Source: Oligoflexus sp. (GTDB taxonomy: Bacteria > Bdellovibrionota_B > Oligoflexia > Oligoflexales > Oligoflexaceae). From it: DNA of 64,000 nucleotides. The notes below the pieces were generated by a model. It was not told where the DNA came from and ran no database searches. It worked only from the letters and a program-made list of their open reading frames with translations. The stretch spans positions 1 through 64,000 of the forward strand of contig JBGSTX010000229.1 in assembly GCA_041736305.1 (NCBI GenBank), in the 5' to 3' direction. Numbering within the stretch: the stretch's first letter is position 1; the number at the start of each line of letters is the position of its first letter. Shown piece after piece: positions 10,083-18,311 of this stretch. The position numbers and the translations under genes were made by a program.

Positions 10083-10562
10083 CTAAGTATGAGCCTTTTT
10101 TTTCTGACTCGTTAAGGAAGCGCTGATCGTTCCTAGTACGGTGCCCCACACTACGTGAGATAAGACTTGTGAAGCCAAATGCTGCTTGGTCTCATGACTT
10201 GGAGAAGGTAGGATGCCGAGGGCAGGGATCCAACCCATATAACTCGTTGCCCAAACTCCTAGGCCGAAGCCCAAACCTTTCCATGCCGGGTGATTTTCTG
10301 GTCGCCTGACGACTAATGCATAGAGAACTCCGGCTGCTGCGCCGAAGCCGAAATGAGTGGTATAAGTGAAGATAGCTTGCTTAAGTCCCTTTGGACTAGG
10401 TGCTACATCCACTTTTCGGACCATTTCCCGCGCAACTCGTTTCGGGGGAATCGGGGTTGGATCTCTCTCCGGAAATCGCTTCAGAAGAGCCATGCTCATC
10501 GTCATAGGAATCGTCGCACCGAATCCCGCCAAGGCTCCGCTTGTCATTCGCCCTTGATCCAC
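10083..10562 (-). CDS. DUF1440-like membrane protein
   Basis: AGAGGAG RBS with GTG start; motifs THFGFGAAAG, SYMGWIPALGIL and SHVVWG. Confidence 0.7.
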   Translation of the reverse strand: MDQGRMTSGALAGFGATIPMTMSMALLKRFPERDPTPIPPKRVAREMVRKVDVAPSPKGLKQAIFTYTTHFGFGAAAGVLYALVVRRPENHPAWKGLGFGLGVWATSYMGWIPALGILPSPSHETKQHLASQVLSHVVWGTVLGTISASLTSQKKKAHT

Positions 10563-10838
10563 AACACTACTCCTCTTTCTGCTAGCTTGAAATGCGCTCT
10601 GCGCATCGCAAGAAAATTCAAGCTAGCACAAAGGCCCTTGATCCAGAAGCAAATCTTCTGCTCCCAGGCAGACGAATCGGAGGCTTTTCCAGCACGGATT
10701 TGCTGCCACCTAGACCGTGATTAAAATCACCAAATGCAGCGAAGAATCACGAAGGCTAATTCGCTGAGCAGCTCTTAAAAAATTTTTACTGAGATGCAAA
10801 AAACTCTTCTCGTCTTCGAAAAGATTATGTTAGTTTTC

Positions 10839-11037
10839 TGGTGGGATGTGTCAGTATCGTTTTCATGGTTGATGCGGGTGAACCGATACTGATTATTAAG
10901 GGAGCCTGGATCCGTCCGTGGTGAGCACGCCTCTCTTCTGTGAAGAGGAAGCCTAAAGCGCACGGGAAGGCACCCACCTGAAGAGTGGTGGGTTCCCCTT
11001 GCAAATCAAAAGATTCAGAACCTGGCACATTCCGCCA
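10839..11037 (+). ncRNA. ssrS: 6S RNA
   Basis: Terminal helix GGTGGGATGTGTCAG (10840-10854) pairs fully with CTGGCACATTCCGCC (11022-11036), using G-U pairs that form only on the + strand. Internal blocks GAACCGATAC, GGGAGCC, GGTGAGCACGCC, GAAGCCTAAAG, GGCACCCACCTG and GGTTC resemble 6S conserved regions. Length about 200 nt. Confidence 0.85.
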
Positions 11038-11249
11038 ATTTTTTCCTTCTTCGTTCTGCGTCAATATTTTCTAACCTCCACGCTACCTCTCCGCCTTCCG
11101 TGAATAATTTCGAATGTCTCGAAAAGAAAAGCACTTGTGCGGCAGCGCGCTAGTCGGCTTAATAGGCTCGATTTGCTAAGCACTGTCTTATTTTCTGAGC
11201 CGCCAGCTCGGATGAGATCCTCAACTCTTTGCGCGTAGGGTTCAAGGCC

Positions 11250-12449
11250 ATGGAACTTTCTCTCTCCAGACGCATCTCGCAACTCCAGCCATCTCCCACC
11301 GTCGCTCTCAATATGAAGGCCAAAGAATTGGCTGAACAAGGGCATAAGGTGATCAATTTCTCGGTGGGCGAGCCCGATTTTCCCACTCCCGCTCCTATCG
11401 TCGAAGCAGCTATCGACGCGCTTCGCCAAGGTAAGACCAAGTACGGGGCTGCTGGCGGCGGGCTACCCCTGCGCAAGGCGATCAGCGCCAAACTTGAAAA
11501 GGAAAATCAGCTCAATTACCCCCCTTCCCAAATAGTGGTCGGCGTCGGCGCCAAGGAAATCCTCTTTCACCTCGCTCTCGCCCTGATCAACGAGGGCGAC
11601 GAAGTCTTGATTCCGGCACCCTACTGGGTCAGTTATACCGAGCATGTTCTGGCTGCAGGCGGTAAACCCGTCATCATTCCCTGCCCCCAGTCTCACGATG
11701 CACCCCGTCTAACGCCAGAGATGATCAAGCCCTTCGTGACAGAGCGCACTAAGGGAATTATGCTCACCTCTCCGCACAATCCGGCTGGCTATGCGATAGG
11801 ACAGAAAGAGCTCGACGACTTGGGTCGCTTCCTCGAAGACAAACCCTGGTGGATCGTCTCCGATGAGATCTATGAATATATGTCCTACGACGAGCCACAT
11901 GTTTCACTAGCGACTATTAATCCTCGACTGCGAGATCGCTTTATTCTCGTCAATGGTTTCTCAAAAGGCTACGCCATGACGGGGTGGCGCGTAGGATATA
12001 TGGCCGGCCCCCCAGCTGTTGCGGATCTCGTAAGGACTTTGCAGACGCAGTCTTCGACCTGTTTACCGATGTTCGTTGAAGAAGGTGCGCTCAAGGCCCT
12101 AAGTATCGGTCCGCAGCTTATGCAGGAAAAAATGCAGGTCCTCAAACATCGGCGGGATATGGCCGTACAATTGCTAAGTTCGATCCCAGGGGTCGCCATG
12201 ATACCACCCCGCGGAGCATTTTATGTATTCGTCGACATAAGAAAAGTTCTTGCAAAATCTCCCCTCTACTCCAATGATAACAGCCTTGCTTTTAGCGCAA
12301 GGCTGCTTGAGTCCCACCACGTCGCCATGGTACCTGGCGAAGCGTTTGGGACACCTGGCTTTCTGAGACTGAGCTATGCCGTCCATGAAGATACTTTGAA
12401 AGACGGCTTGGCAAGACTTCGTGAAGCACTGGCGTCGGTTGGAAAATGA
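11250..12449 (+). CDS. PLP-dependent class I/II aminotransferase (aspartate aminotransferase-like)
   Basis: Motifs GEPDFPTP, PYWVSY, SPHNPAG, SDEIYE and the PLP lysine motif NGFSKGYAMTGWRVG. Confidence 0.93.
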   Translation: MELSLSRRISQLQPSPTVALNMKAKELAEQGHKVINFSVGEPDFPTPAPIVEAAIDALRQGKTKYGAAGGGLPLRKAISAKLEKENQLNYPPSQIVVGVGAKEILFHLALALINEGDEVLIPAPYWVSYTEHVLAAGGKPVIIPCPQSHDAPRLTPEMIKPFVTERTKGIMLTSPHNPAGYAIGQKELDDLGRFLEDKPWWIVSDEIYEYMSYDEPHVSLATINPRLRDRFILVNGFSKGYAMTGWRVGYMAGPPAVADLVRTLQTQSSTCLPMFVEEGALKALSIGPQLMQEKMQVLKHRRDMAVQLLSSIPGVAMIPPRGAFYVFVDIRKVLAKSPLYSNDNSLAFSARLLESHHVAMVPGEAFGTPGFLRLSYAVHEDTLKDGLARLREALASVGK

Positions 12450-12572
12450 AAATCAAAGTCAGAGGCAGAGTCAGAGATTTTCATCATTCTCTCAGATCGC
12501 GCCCTGTAAGCAGTCTAGGACCCCTCCTGATTGAGCTCTGAAGGCCCTAGCATCAGGAAGCTAAAATATGCC

Positions 12573-12600
12573 AGCGGGGCGACTTTCGTCCCGCTTTTTT
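12573..12600 (+). terminator. intrinsic-terminator-like hairpin just upstream of pheS
   Basis: AGCGGGGCGA-CTT-TCGTCCCGCT followed by a T run. Confidence 0.55.
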
Positions 12601-12630
12601 GTTGAGGCCAGGAGCCTGAGGAAAGCTTTA

Positions 12631-13707
12631 ATGAACGACACGATGAGCTCGCAACTTCAAGACTGCACCCGCCGGACTCAAGAAATTCAGAGCGCGTTTG
12701 CCGGAGATGCAGCGGCCGAAGATTTGAGTCCTCGGGCGGTCGAAGAGTTAAAGATAAAGTATCTCGGCAAGAAGGGTCTGCTCGCAGCGCTGATGGAGAC
12801 GCTCAAAAATCTCAGCAAAGAAGAGCGCCCCGCAGCCGGCAAACTCATCAACGAACTGCGCCAGTCCCTCGAAGCAGGGCTTGAAGCGCGGCGCCTCGAA
12901 GCCGAAGCTCGCCTGCTCGACGCCAGTCTCAAAGAGCACAAGCTCGATGTGAGTCTCCCGGTCGATGTCACGAGCGCCAGTGGTTCGCTTCATCCCGTAA
13001 CCCTCATGCGCCGCATTTTGCTCACTGAGTTCCGCAAGCTGGGATTTACAGTCTACGACGGGCCCGAAATCGATCTCGATTTCTATAATTTCGGGGCGCT
13101 CAATTTTAAAGAGGACCATCCCGCCCGCGATATGCAGGATACTTTCTTCATTGCCGGGCGCGAGCAGACCGTTCTGCGGACCCACACCTCCAACATCCAG
13201 ATTCATGCGATGCTCGGTGAAAAACCTCCCCTGCGGATCATTGCGCCGGGACGCACCTATCGCTGCGACTCTGATTTGACCCACACGCCTATGTTTCATC
13301 AGATCGAGGGCTTCATCGTCGATGAAGGCATCGATATGGGCGATATGAAAGGGGTCATCGACCATCTCTGCAAGTCTATATTCGGGAGCGACCTGTCGAC
13401 CCGCTTGCGTCCGAGCTTTTTTCCTTTCGTCGAACCGGGTGCTGAATTCGATCTGCAATGCGTCAGCTGCCGCGGCAAAGGTTGCCGCATCTGTAAGCAA
13501 AGCGGTTGGCTCGAACTCGGCGGGATGGGCATGATCCATCCTAACGTTTTCGAAGAGCTAGGTTACGACAGCGAAAAATACACGGGATTCGCCTTCGGCT
13601 TCGGCATCGATCGGATCGCGATGCTGCGCTTTCAGCTGTCTGACCTACGACAGCTCTTTGAAGGCAATCAGCAGTTCCTTGGGCAATTCCCGACTTATTC
13701 TAAATAG
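12631..13707 (+). CDS. pheS: phenylalanyl-tRNA synthetase alpha subunit
   Basis: Motifs HPARDMQDTF, LRTHTS, THTPMFHQIEG, FPFVEPG and GFAFGFGIDRIAM. Confidence 0.97.
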   Translation: MNDTMSSQLQDCTRRTQEIQSAFAGDAAAEDLSPRAVEELKIKYLGKKGLLAALMETLKNLSKEERPAAGKLINELRQSLEAGLEARRLEAEARLLDASLKEHKLDVSLPVDVTSASGSLHPVTLMRRILLTEFRKLGFTVYDGPEIDLDFYNFGALNFKEDHPARDMQDTFFIAGREQTVLRTHTSNIQIHAMLGEKPPLRIIAPGRTYRCDSDLTHTPMFHQIEGFIVDEGIDMGDMKGVIDHLCKSIFGSDLSTRLRPSFFPFVEPGAEFDLQCVSCRGKGCRICKQSGWLELGGMGMIHPNVFEELGYDSEKYTGFAFGFGIDRIAMLRFQLSDLRQLFEGNQQFLGQFPTYSK

Positions 13708-13721
13708 CAGAGGCCAAATCC

Positions 13722-16274
13722 ATGCGCGTATCTCTCCTTTGGCTCCAAGACTATATTGATCTGCAAGGCCTCACTCCCGAAACCATTGCGGCGACCCTTA
13801 CCCAACTGGGGCTGGAAGTCGAGGGAATCGAGCGCCTCGAGCCCCTCAAAGGAGCCGTTGTGATAGGGCAGATTCTAAAAACTGCCCAGCACCCCAATGC
13901 TGACAAGCTCAAGCTTTGCGAAGTCGATGTAGGTGCCGACGCTCCTCTTCGGATCGTGTGTGGGGCACCCAATGCACGCGAGGGCCTTAAGGTCGTCGTC
14001 GCCCGCGTCGGCAGCGTCTTACCACAGGATTTCAAGATCAAAGAAAGCAAGATTCGTGGCGAGAGTTCTTCGGGCATGCTTTGCAGTCAGAAGGAACTCG
14101 GTCTCTCGGAAGCGGACGAAGGCATTATGGAGCTTTCCTCTGCGGCGCCGATCGGCACCTTGGTGAGTGATTATTTCAAACTGAACGACTGCCTCATCGA
14201 AGTCAGCATCACCCCCAATCGTAGCGATTGCCTAGGCATCATCGGGCTAGCTCGCGACCTAGCGGCTCGCCTTGAACGGCCCTTGAAGATACCTGCTAGC
14301 TCGCAGGACGGCATCAAGGAAGAATTTAGTAGCGGCCAAAAAATCCGCGTGAGTATCGGCTCAAGCCATATTTCGGAACGCTTCACGGCTCTCTATATGC
14401 GGCAGGTCCGAGCCGTTCCTTCCCCTACGTGGATGCAGCGTCGCCTCCAGGGGGCCGGTATGCGAGCAATTAATCTCATTGTCGACGCAACCAACTACGC
14501 AATGCTCGAAGCGGGACAACCTATCCATGCTTACGATGAACGCGACATCAAGGGCGGAGTTCTGGAAGTTCGTTCGGCACGAGCCGGTGAAGTTTTGCAA
14601 ACCCTTGACGGCCAGGAGCGTCAGCTCCTGAGCAGCGATCTCGTGATCGCCGACGCCGAGGGGGCCGTTGGCCTGGCTGGCATCATGGGCGGAGCTCACT
14701 CCGAGATCAAAGAAGACACGCAGAACATCATCATCGAAGTCGCCCACTTCAACCCTGGCCTGGTGCGTAAAACGGCTCGCCGCTTCGGGCTGCATACCGA
14801 AGCTTCGCATCGTTTCGAGCGTGGCGTCGACGTTAATAATCTAGCTTGGGTCGCCCGTCGGGTCGCCGAACTTATTTACCGGGGTGCCCTTGAATCCAGG
14901 GCCCAAGGCCTCGATCTGCCTCTCCCTGAGATTTCAGCTCAGCTCGTCGACGTGTTCCCTGAGCCGAAAGCGCCACAGGAAATTAAGCTGCGGACCAAGC
15001 GCCTCAAGCAGTTTATGGCTCTTCCAGATCTTCCCGATCAAATCATTCAATCGATACTCTCCCGCCTCGGCCTCGAGCTGAAGACCGCGGGCGAGACGAT
15101 GGTCTGGAAAATTCCGAGCTGGCGCCACGATCTCAGTCGCGAGACGGACCTGATCGAAGAAGTCGCGCGCATGCATGGTTATGACAAGATTCCGGTTAAG
15201 CTGCCCGCCATGCGTCTAGGAACTCTTGCCGAGCATCCTCTCATTGAGTTTATCGACCAGAGCAAGATCATCCTGGCCACCCTGGGTTTGACCGAGATCA
15301 TTTCCTTTCCTTTTCTCGGCGACAGCGATTTGAATGCCCTCAATCTCGATGCACAGCATCCTCTGCGGGCTACTCTCAAGCTGGCCAATCCGCTCGTCGA
15401 GGGGCAAAATCAGATGCGGAGCACGCTCGCGGTGAGCCTGCTCCGCAGTCTTTTAGAAAACCGTCGCCATGGGATTGTCGGGGCACGCGTTTTCGAAGCG
15501 GGTCGCAGTTTTCACGAGCCTAAGGTCTTAGCTGCCGCTACGGATCTTACTGAAACCTGGACTCATTTGAGCAAGCAAGGCGCTCATATTTCTGAACGAG
15601 CGAGGCAGGATGATAGAGCTCTGGAGAGAAACCGCCTAGCTGGGGCTATCGATCAGCCCTTTACTTTAAAATCCTGGAACCAGCCAGAAACAGAGGCCAG
15701 CTTTTTTCACGCCAAGGCAATTTTGCTACAATACTTCCAGGCTTTTGGCATCGAAGGTATAAGCTTCGTTCCCGCGGCACCGCGCGCCCTTCCTTGGCTT
15801 CATCCAGGCGCGTCGGCCAGCCTATGGACAGCTGATGGCAGCTACGTGGGTTATCTCGGAGAACTGCATCCTAAAACTGCAAAAGCTTTCGAACTCGATG
15901 GCCGCTCGGCGCCGCTCTTGTTCGAACTAGACCTCGAAACTGTTGAATCCGCGACCCGTAACGCTCGGAGTTTCGCCTCGAGTTCAGTCAAATTCCCTCC
16001 GGTCAGCCGGGACCTGGCGCTGGTCGTTCCCACCAGCGTGCAGCACGCGGACTTTGCGAAGAGCTTTAAAGGCTTTAAGCGAAAGAAGCACCTAAGAGAT
16101 TATCGTCTCTTTGATGTCTATCAAGGTGCTCATATTCCTACAGGCAAGAAAAGCATGGCTTTCAGCCTCAATTTTCAGTCTGACGAAAAGACTTTAACCG
16201 ATCAAGACGTTGAAAAGGAGGTCGAGGCGCTGCTCAATTGGTTGAAGAGCGACCTCGACGCCGACCTTCGATAA
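13722..16274 (+). CDS. pheT: phenylalanyl-tRNA synthetase beta subunit
   Basis: Motifs HPNADKL, IVCGAPN, ITPNRSDCL, RFERGVD, DLIEEVARMHGYD and FDVYQG...GKKSMA. Confidence 0.97.
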   Translation: MRVSLLWLQDYIDLQGLTPETIAATLTQLGLEVEGIERLEPLKGAVVIGQILKTAQHPNADKLKLCEVDVGADAPLRIVCGAPNAREGLKVVVARVGSVLPQDFKIKESKIRGESSSGMLCSQKELGLSEADEGIMELSSAAPIGTLVSDYFKLNDCLIEVSITPNRSDCLGIIGLARDLAARLERPLKIPASSQDGIKEEFSSGQKIRVSIGSSHISERFTALYMRQVRAVPSPTWMQRRLQGAGMRAINLIVDATNYAMLEAGQPIHAYDERDIKGGVLEVRSARAGEVLQTLDGQERQLLSSDLVIADAEGAVGLAGIMGGAHSEIKEDTQNIIIEVAHFNPGLVRKTARRFGLHTEASHRFERGVDVNNLAWVARRVAELIYRGALESRAQGLDLPLPEISAQLVDVFPEPKAPQEIKLRTKRLKQFMALPDLPDQIIQSILSRLGLELKTAGETMVWKIPSWRHDLSRETDLIEEVARMHGYDKIPVKLPAMRLGTLAEHPLIEFIDQSKIILATLGLTEIISFPFLGDSDLNALNLDAQHPLRATLKLANPLVEGQNQMRSTLAVSLLRSLLENRRHGIVGARVFEAGRSFHEPKVLAAATDLTETWTHLSKQGAHISERARQDDRALERNRLAGAIDQPFTLKSWNQPETEASFFHAKAILLQYFQAFGIEGISFVPAAPRALPWLHPGASASLWTADGSYVGYLGELHPKTAKAFELDGRSAPLLFELDLETVESATRNARSFASSSVKFPPVSRDLALVVPTSVQHADFAKSFKGFKRKKHLRDYRLFDVYQGAHIPTGKKSMAFSLNFQSDEKTLTDQDVEKEVEALLNWLKSDLDADLR

Positions 16275-16297
16275 TTCATTTAAAGGATTGTGCCAGC

Positions 16298-17119
16298 ATG
16301 AGAAATTCTCTAAAAACAACGGTGACCTTGCTCTTTTTGGGAGTCTCGACCTTGGCTTCTGCTAAGGATATTGCGACCGTCAATGGCAAGGCTGTTTCGG
16401 AAACAGATTACAAGAAGGCGGTCGAGCAACTCGGAACTCAGGCTGAAATGGTTAAGTCCAATCCAGCCATCCGCGCTCAGTTCCTAGACCACATCATTGA
16501 AAGCACGCTCTTGGCTGATCAAGCAAAGTCGTCGAAGCTCGAAGACTCCGATCAATTCAAGAACCTCGTCGATACTGCAAAGCGCGACATCCTCGCGAAG
16601 CTCTACCTAGAGAAATACATTGCGGATCAGACGACTGAAGCTAAGTTGAAAGAGCACTTTGATAAGAACAAGCAGAAGTTCACCGAAAAAGAGGTGAAAG
16701 CCCAGCACATCCTCTTCCCTGAAAAAGAGAAGGCCGAAGCTGAGAAGGCTTTGAAAGAAGCTATCGCGAAGAACAACTTCGACGAGCAGCTTAAAAAAGC
16801 TCTCGCTAAAGACGCCAACGGCTCCCGTGGTGGCGATCTCAATTGGTTCAAGCAAGGCAAGATGGTTCCTGAATTCGAGAAGGCAGCTTTCGCTACCGAA
16901 AAAGGCAAGGTTTTTCCTGAGCTGATCAAGACTCAGTTCGGTTATCATGTCTTGAAAGTAGCTGACGTTCGCGGCGGCGACAGCGTGAAGTATGAAGATA
17001 AGAAAGAAGAAGTTGCGCAAGACATCCGAATGAACGCGCGTGCGGATCTGGTGAAGAGTCTTCGCGACAAGGCTCAGGTTAAGGTCGATACAGAGACCCT
17101 TAACAAAGTTCAACTTTGA
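16298..17119 (+). CDS. secreted PpiC-type peptidyl-prolyl isomerase (PrsA/SurA-like)
   Basis: Signal peptide; motifs VKAQHIL, GGDLNWF, MVPEFEKAAF and KTQFGYHV. Confidence 0.9.
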   Translation: MRNSLKTTVTLLFLGVSTLASAKDIATVNGKAVSETDYKKAVEQLGTQAEMVKSNPAIRAQFLDHIIESTLLADQAKSSKLEDSDQFKNLVDTAKRDILAKLYLEKYIADQTTEAKLKEHFDKNKQKFTEKEVKAQHILFPEKEKAEAEKALKEAIAKNNFDEQLKKALAKDANGSRGGDLNWFKQGKMVPEFEKAAFATEKGKVFPELIKTQFGYHVLKVADVRGGDSVKYEDKKEEVAQDIRMNARADLVKSLRDKAQVKVDTETLNKVQL

Positions 17120-17126
17120 TTTTAGC

Positions 17127-17151
17127 CGAGAAGGCCATCACGGCCTTCTCG
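17127..17151 (+). terminator. hairpin after the pheST-ppiC operon
   Basis: Perfect 10-bp stem CGAGAAGGCC/GGCCTTCTCG; no U tract. Confidence 0.55.
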
Positions 17152-17390
17152 TGGACTCTTCTAGAGGTCCTGCCGGGTCAAAGTTGGGCGATTCTTCCTC
17201 GCTCTCGAGAGATAGTGAATAAGAAAGAATTGTGCTCCGAATAGCGACACCCCCTGTCACGATACCGACAGGCTATAAGCATATGGTTTAAAACATTTTA
17301 TTATGCCAGTTGCAGAATTGCGGATGTTTAGATCCTTTCCCGAAGTCAAAATCCATCTCAAATATGCCAACAAATTCTTACCAACAAACT

Positions 17391-17406
17391 TGGCACCCCT
17401 CTTGCT
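17391..17406 (+). promoter_or_regulatory. sigma54 (-24/-12) promoter
   Basis: TGGCAC-CCCTC-TTGCT is an exact match to TGGCAC-N5-TTGCW, in an intergenic region. Confidence 0.75.
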
Positions 17407-17416
17407 TTAGAGTTAA

Positions 17417-17600
17417 TGTGCACGCTGAGTAAGAGTTGAATTTATAACTCGTAAGTATGTGCAACTCGACAGCCGCTGCGGCGAACTGTTCAAAAACTCA
17501 GGCATATTAGAGCCAGACTCCCCTCCGGCTCCTATGCTTTGTGTGTACCCCTCTTTATGGGGCTGCCTTCGGAAACGATTGGCGGCCTCACTTTTTTTTT
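17417..17600 (+). ncRNA. candidate sigma54-dependent sRNA or attenuating leader
   Basis: Lies between the sigma54 site and a terminator (stem 17558-17567/17581-17590, then T9). Further hairpins at 17468-17490 and 17500-17539. Confidence 0.45.
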
Positions 17601-17707
17601 GTCTCCCTGCAACAAAATCTTACTTTCACCGTCCCTTCAATACTTGACCACTGGTGGCCACCAAAGTCAGGCACAAGCTCAAACCGAGACACTTATTGGA
17701 GATCACT

Positions 17708-18235
17708 ATGATCCGTACTTCAATTGCTTCGCTAGCCTTCGCATCTTCTATGCTGGCCGGCGCAAGCGTTTCCTTTGCTGAACAGTGGTGTGGACCGCGC
17801 GGCTGTTACGAAAAAAGTGGCCACTGCAGCCAGTATAACCACACTGACTCAGAAACCTGCAACACAGGTAAAGACCGTATGCAGTGCGATTGGAACTGGA
17901 ACGATAGCAGCTGCTACTCCAGCTCTGGATCTGGCCACGGCGGAAACGGTCCTGGCCACGGCGGAAACGGTCCTGGCCACGGCGGAAACGGTCCTGGCCA
18001 CGGCGGAAATGGTCCTGGCCACGGCGGAAATGGTCCTGGCCACGGCGGAAATGGTCCTGGCAATGGCCATGGATCTTCTTGGTGGTCAGATCGTTACCAT
18101 CGTTCCTTTGACAAGCAAGGACATTGCGGACAGTACAACCACACTGACAAAGATACCTGCAACACAGGTAAAGATTTTCTTCAGTGCGATTGGGATCACC
18201 ACCAGCGCAGCTGCTACTCCTCTTCGCACCATTGA
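17708..18235 (+). CDS. secreted Cys-rich protein with a duplicated 4-Cys domain and (GHGGNGP)6 linker
   Basis: GGAG RBS; signal peptide ending SFA; two copies of HC-x10-C-x8-C-x8-CYSSS. Confidence 0.85.
   Translation: MIRTSIASLAFASSMLAGASVSFAEQWCGPRGCYEKSGHCSQYNHTDSETCNTGKDRMQCDWNWNDSSCYSSSGSGHGGNGPGHGGNGPGHGGNGPGHGGNGPGHGGNGPGHGGNGPGNGHGSSWWSDRYHRSFDKQGHCGQYNHTDKDTCNTGKDFLQCDWDHHQRSCYSSSHH
17933..18058 (+). repeat. 21-bp tandem repeat x6 (GGCCACGGCGGAAAYGGTCCT)
   Basis: Three AAC copies followed by three AAT copies; in frame, each encoding GHGGNGP. Confidence 0.95.
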
Positions 18236-18264
18236 TTGCTTAGCCAGCGATCTCAGCTGAACGC

Positions 18265-18288
18265 GGCCCTTTCTCAAGAGAAAGGGCC
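18265..18288 (+). terminator. hairpin after the repeat-protein gene
   Basis: GGCCCTTTCT-CAAG-AGAAAGGGCC. Confidence 0.55.
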
Positions 18289-18311
18289 ATCATCGTCGTT
18301 AGGGGGTACTC

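Noticed and set aside
10775-11064. Short ORFs of 62 and 79 aa on the - strand
   Set aside because: They overlap the 6S RNA and have no protein features.
12480-12630. T-box riboswitch or PheM-type Phe-rich leader for pheS
   Set aside because: No GGTGGNACC T-box sequence and no Phe-rich uORF.
12748-13539. 263-aa antisense ORF, and similar long antisense ORFs elsewhere
   Set aside because: It lies wholly opposite pheS and is a typical codon-bias shadow ORF.
15510-15630. Apparent insertion in PheT as an intein or extra domain
   Set aside because: Only a few tens of residues with no intein motifs; most likely a lineage-specific loop.
17933-18058. 21-bp repeats as a CRISPR array
   Set aside because: The units are contiguous with no spacers, lie in frame within a CDS, and no cas genes are present.
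17775-18260. Alternative-frame ORFs (VLATAET and VARTISA repeats)
   Set aside because: These are shadow frames of the tandem repeat. The GHGGNGP frame has the RBS, signal peptide and duplicated Cys domain.
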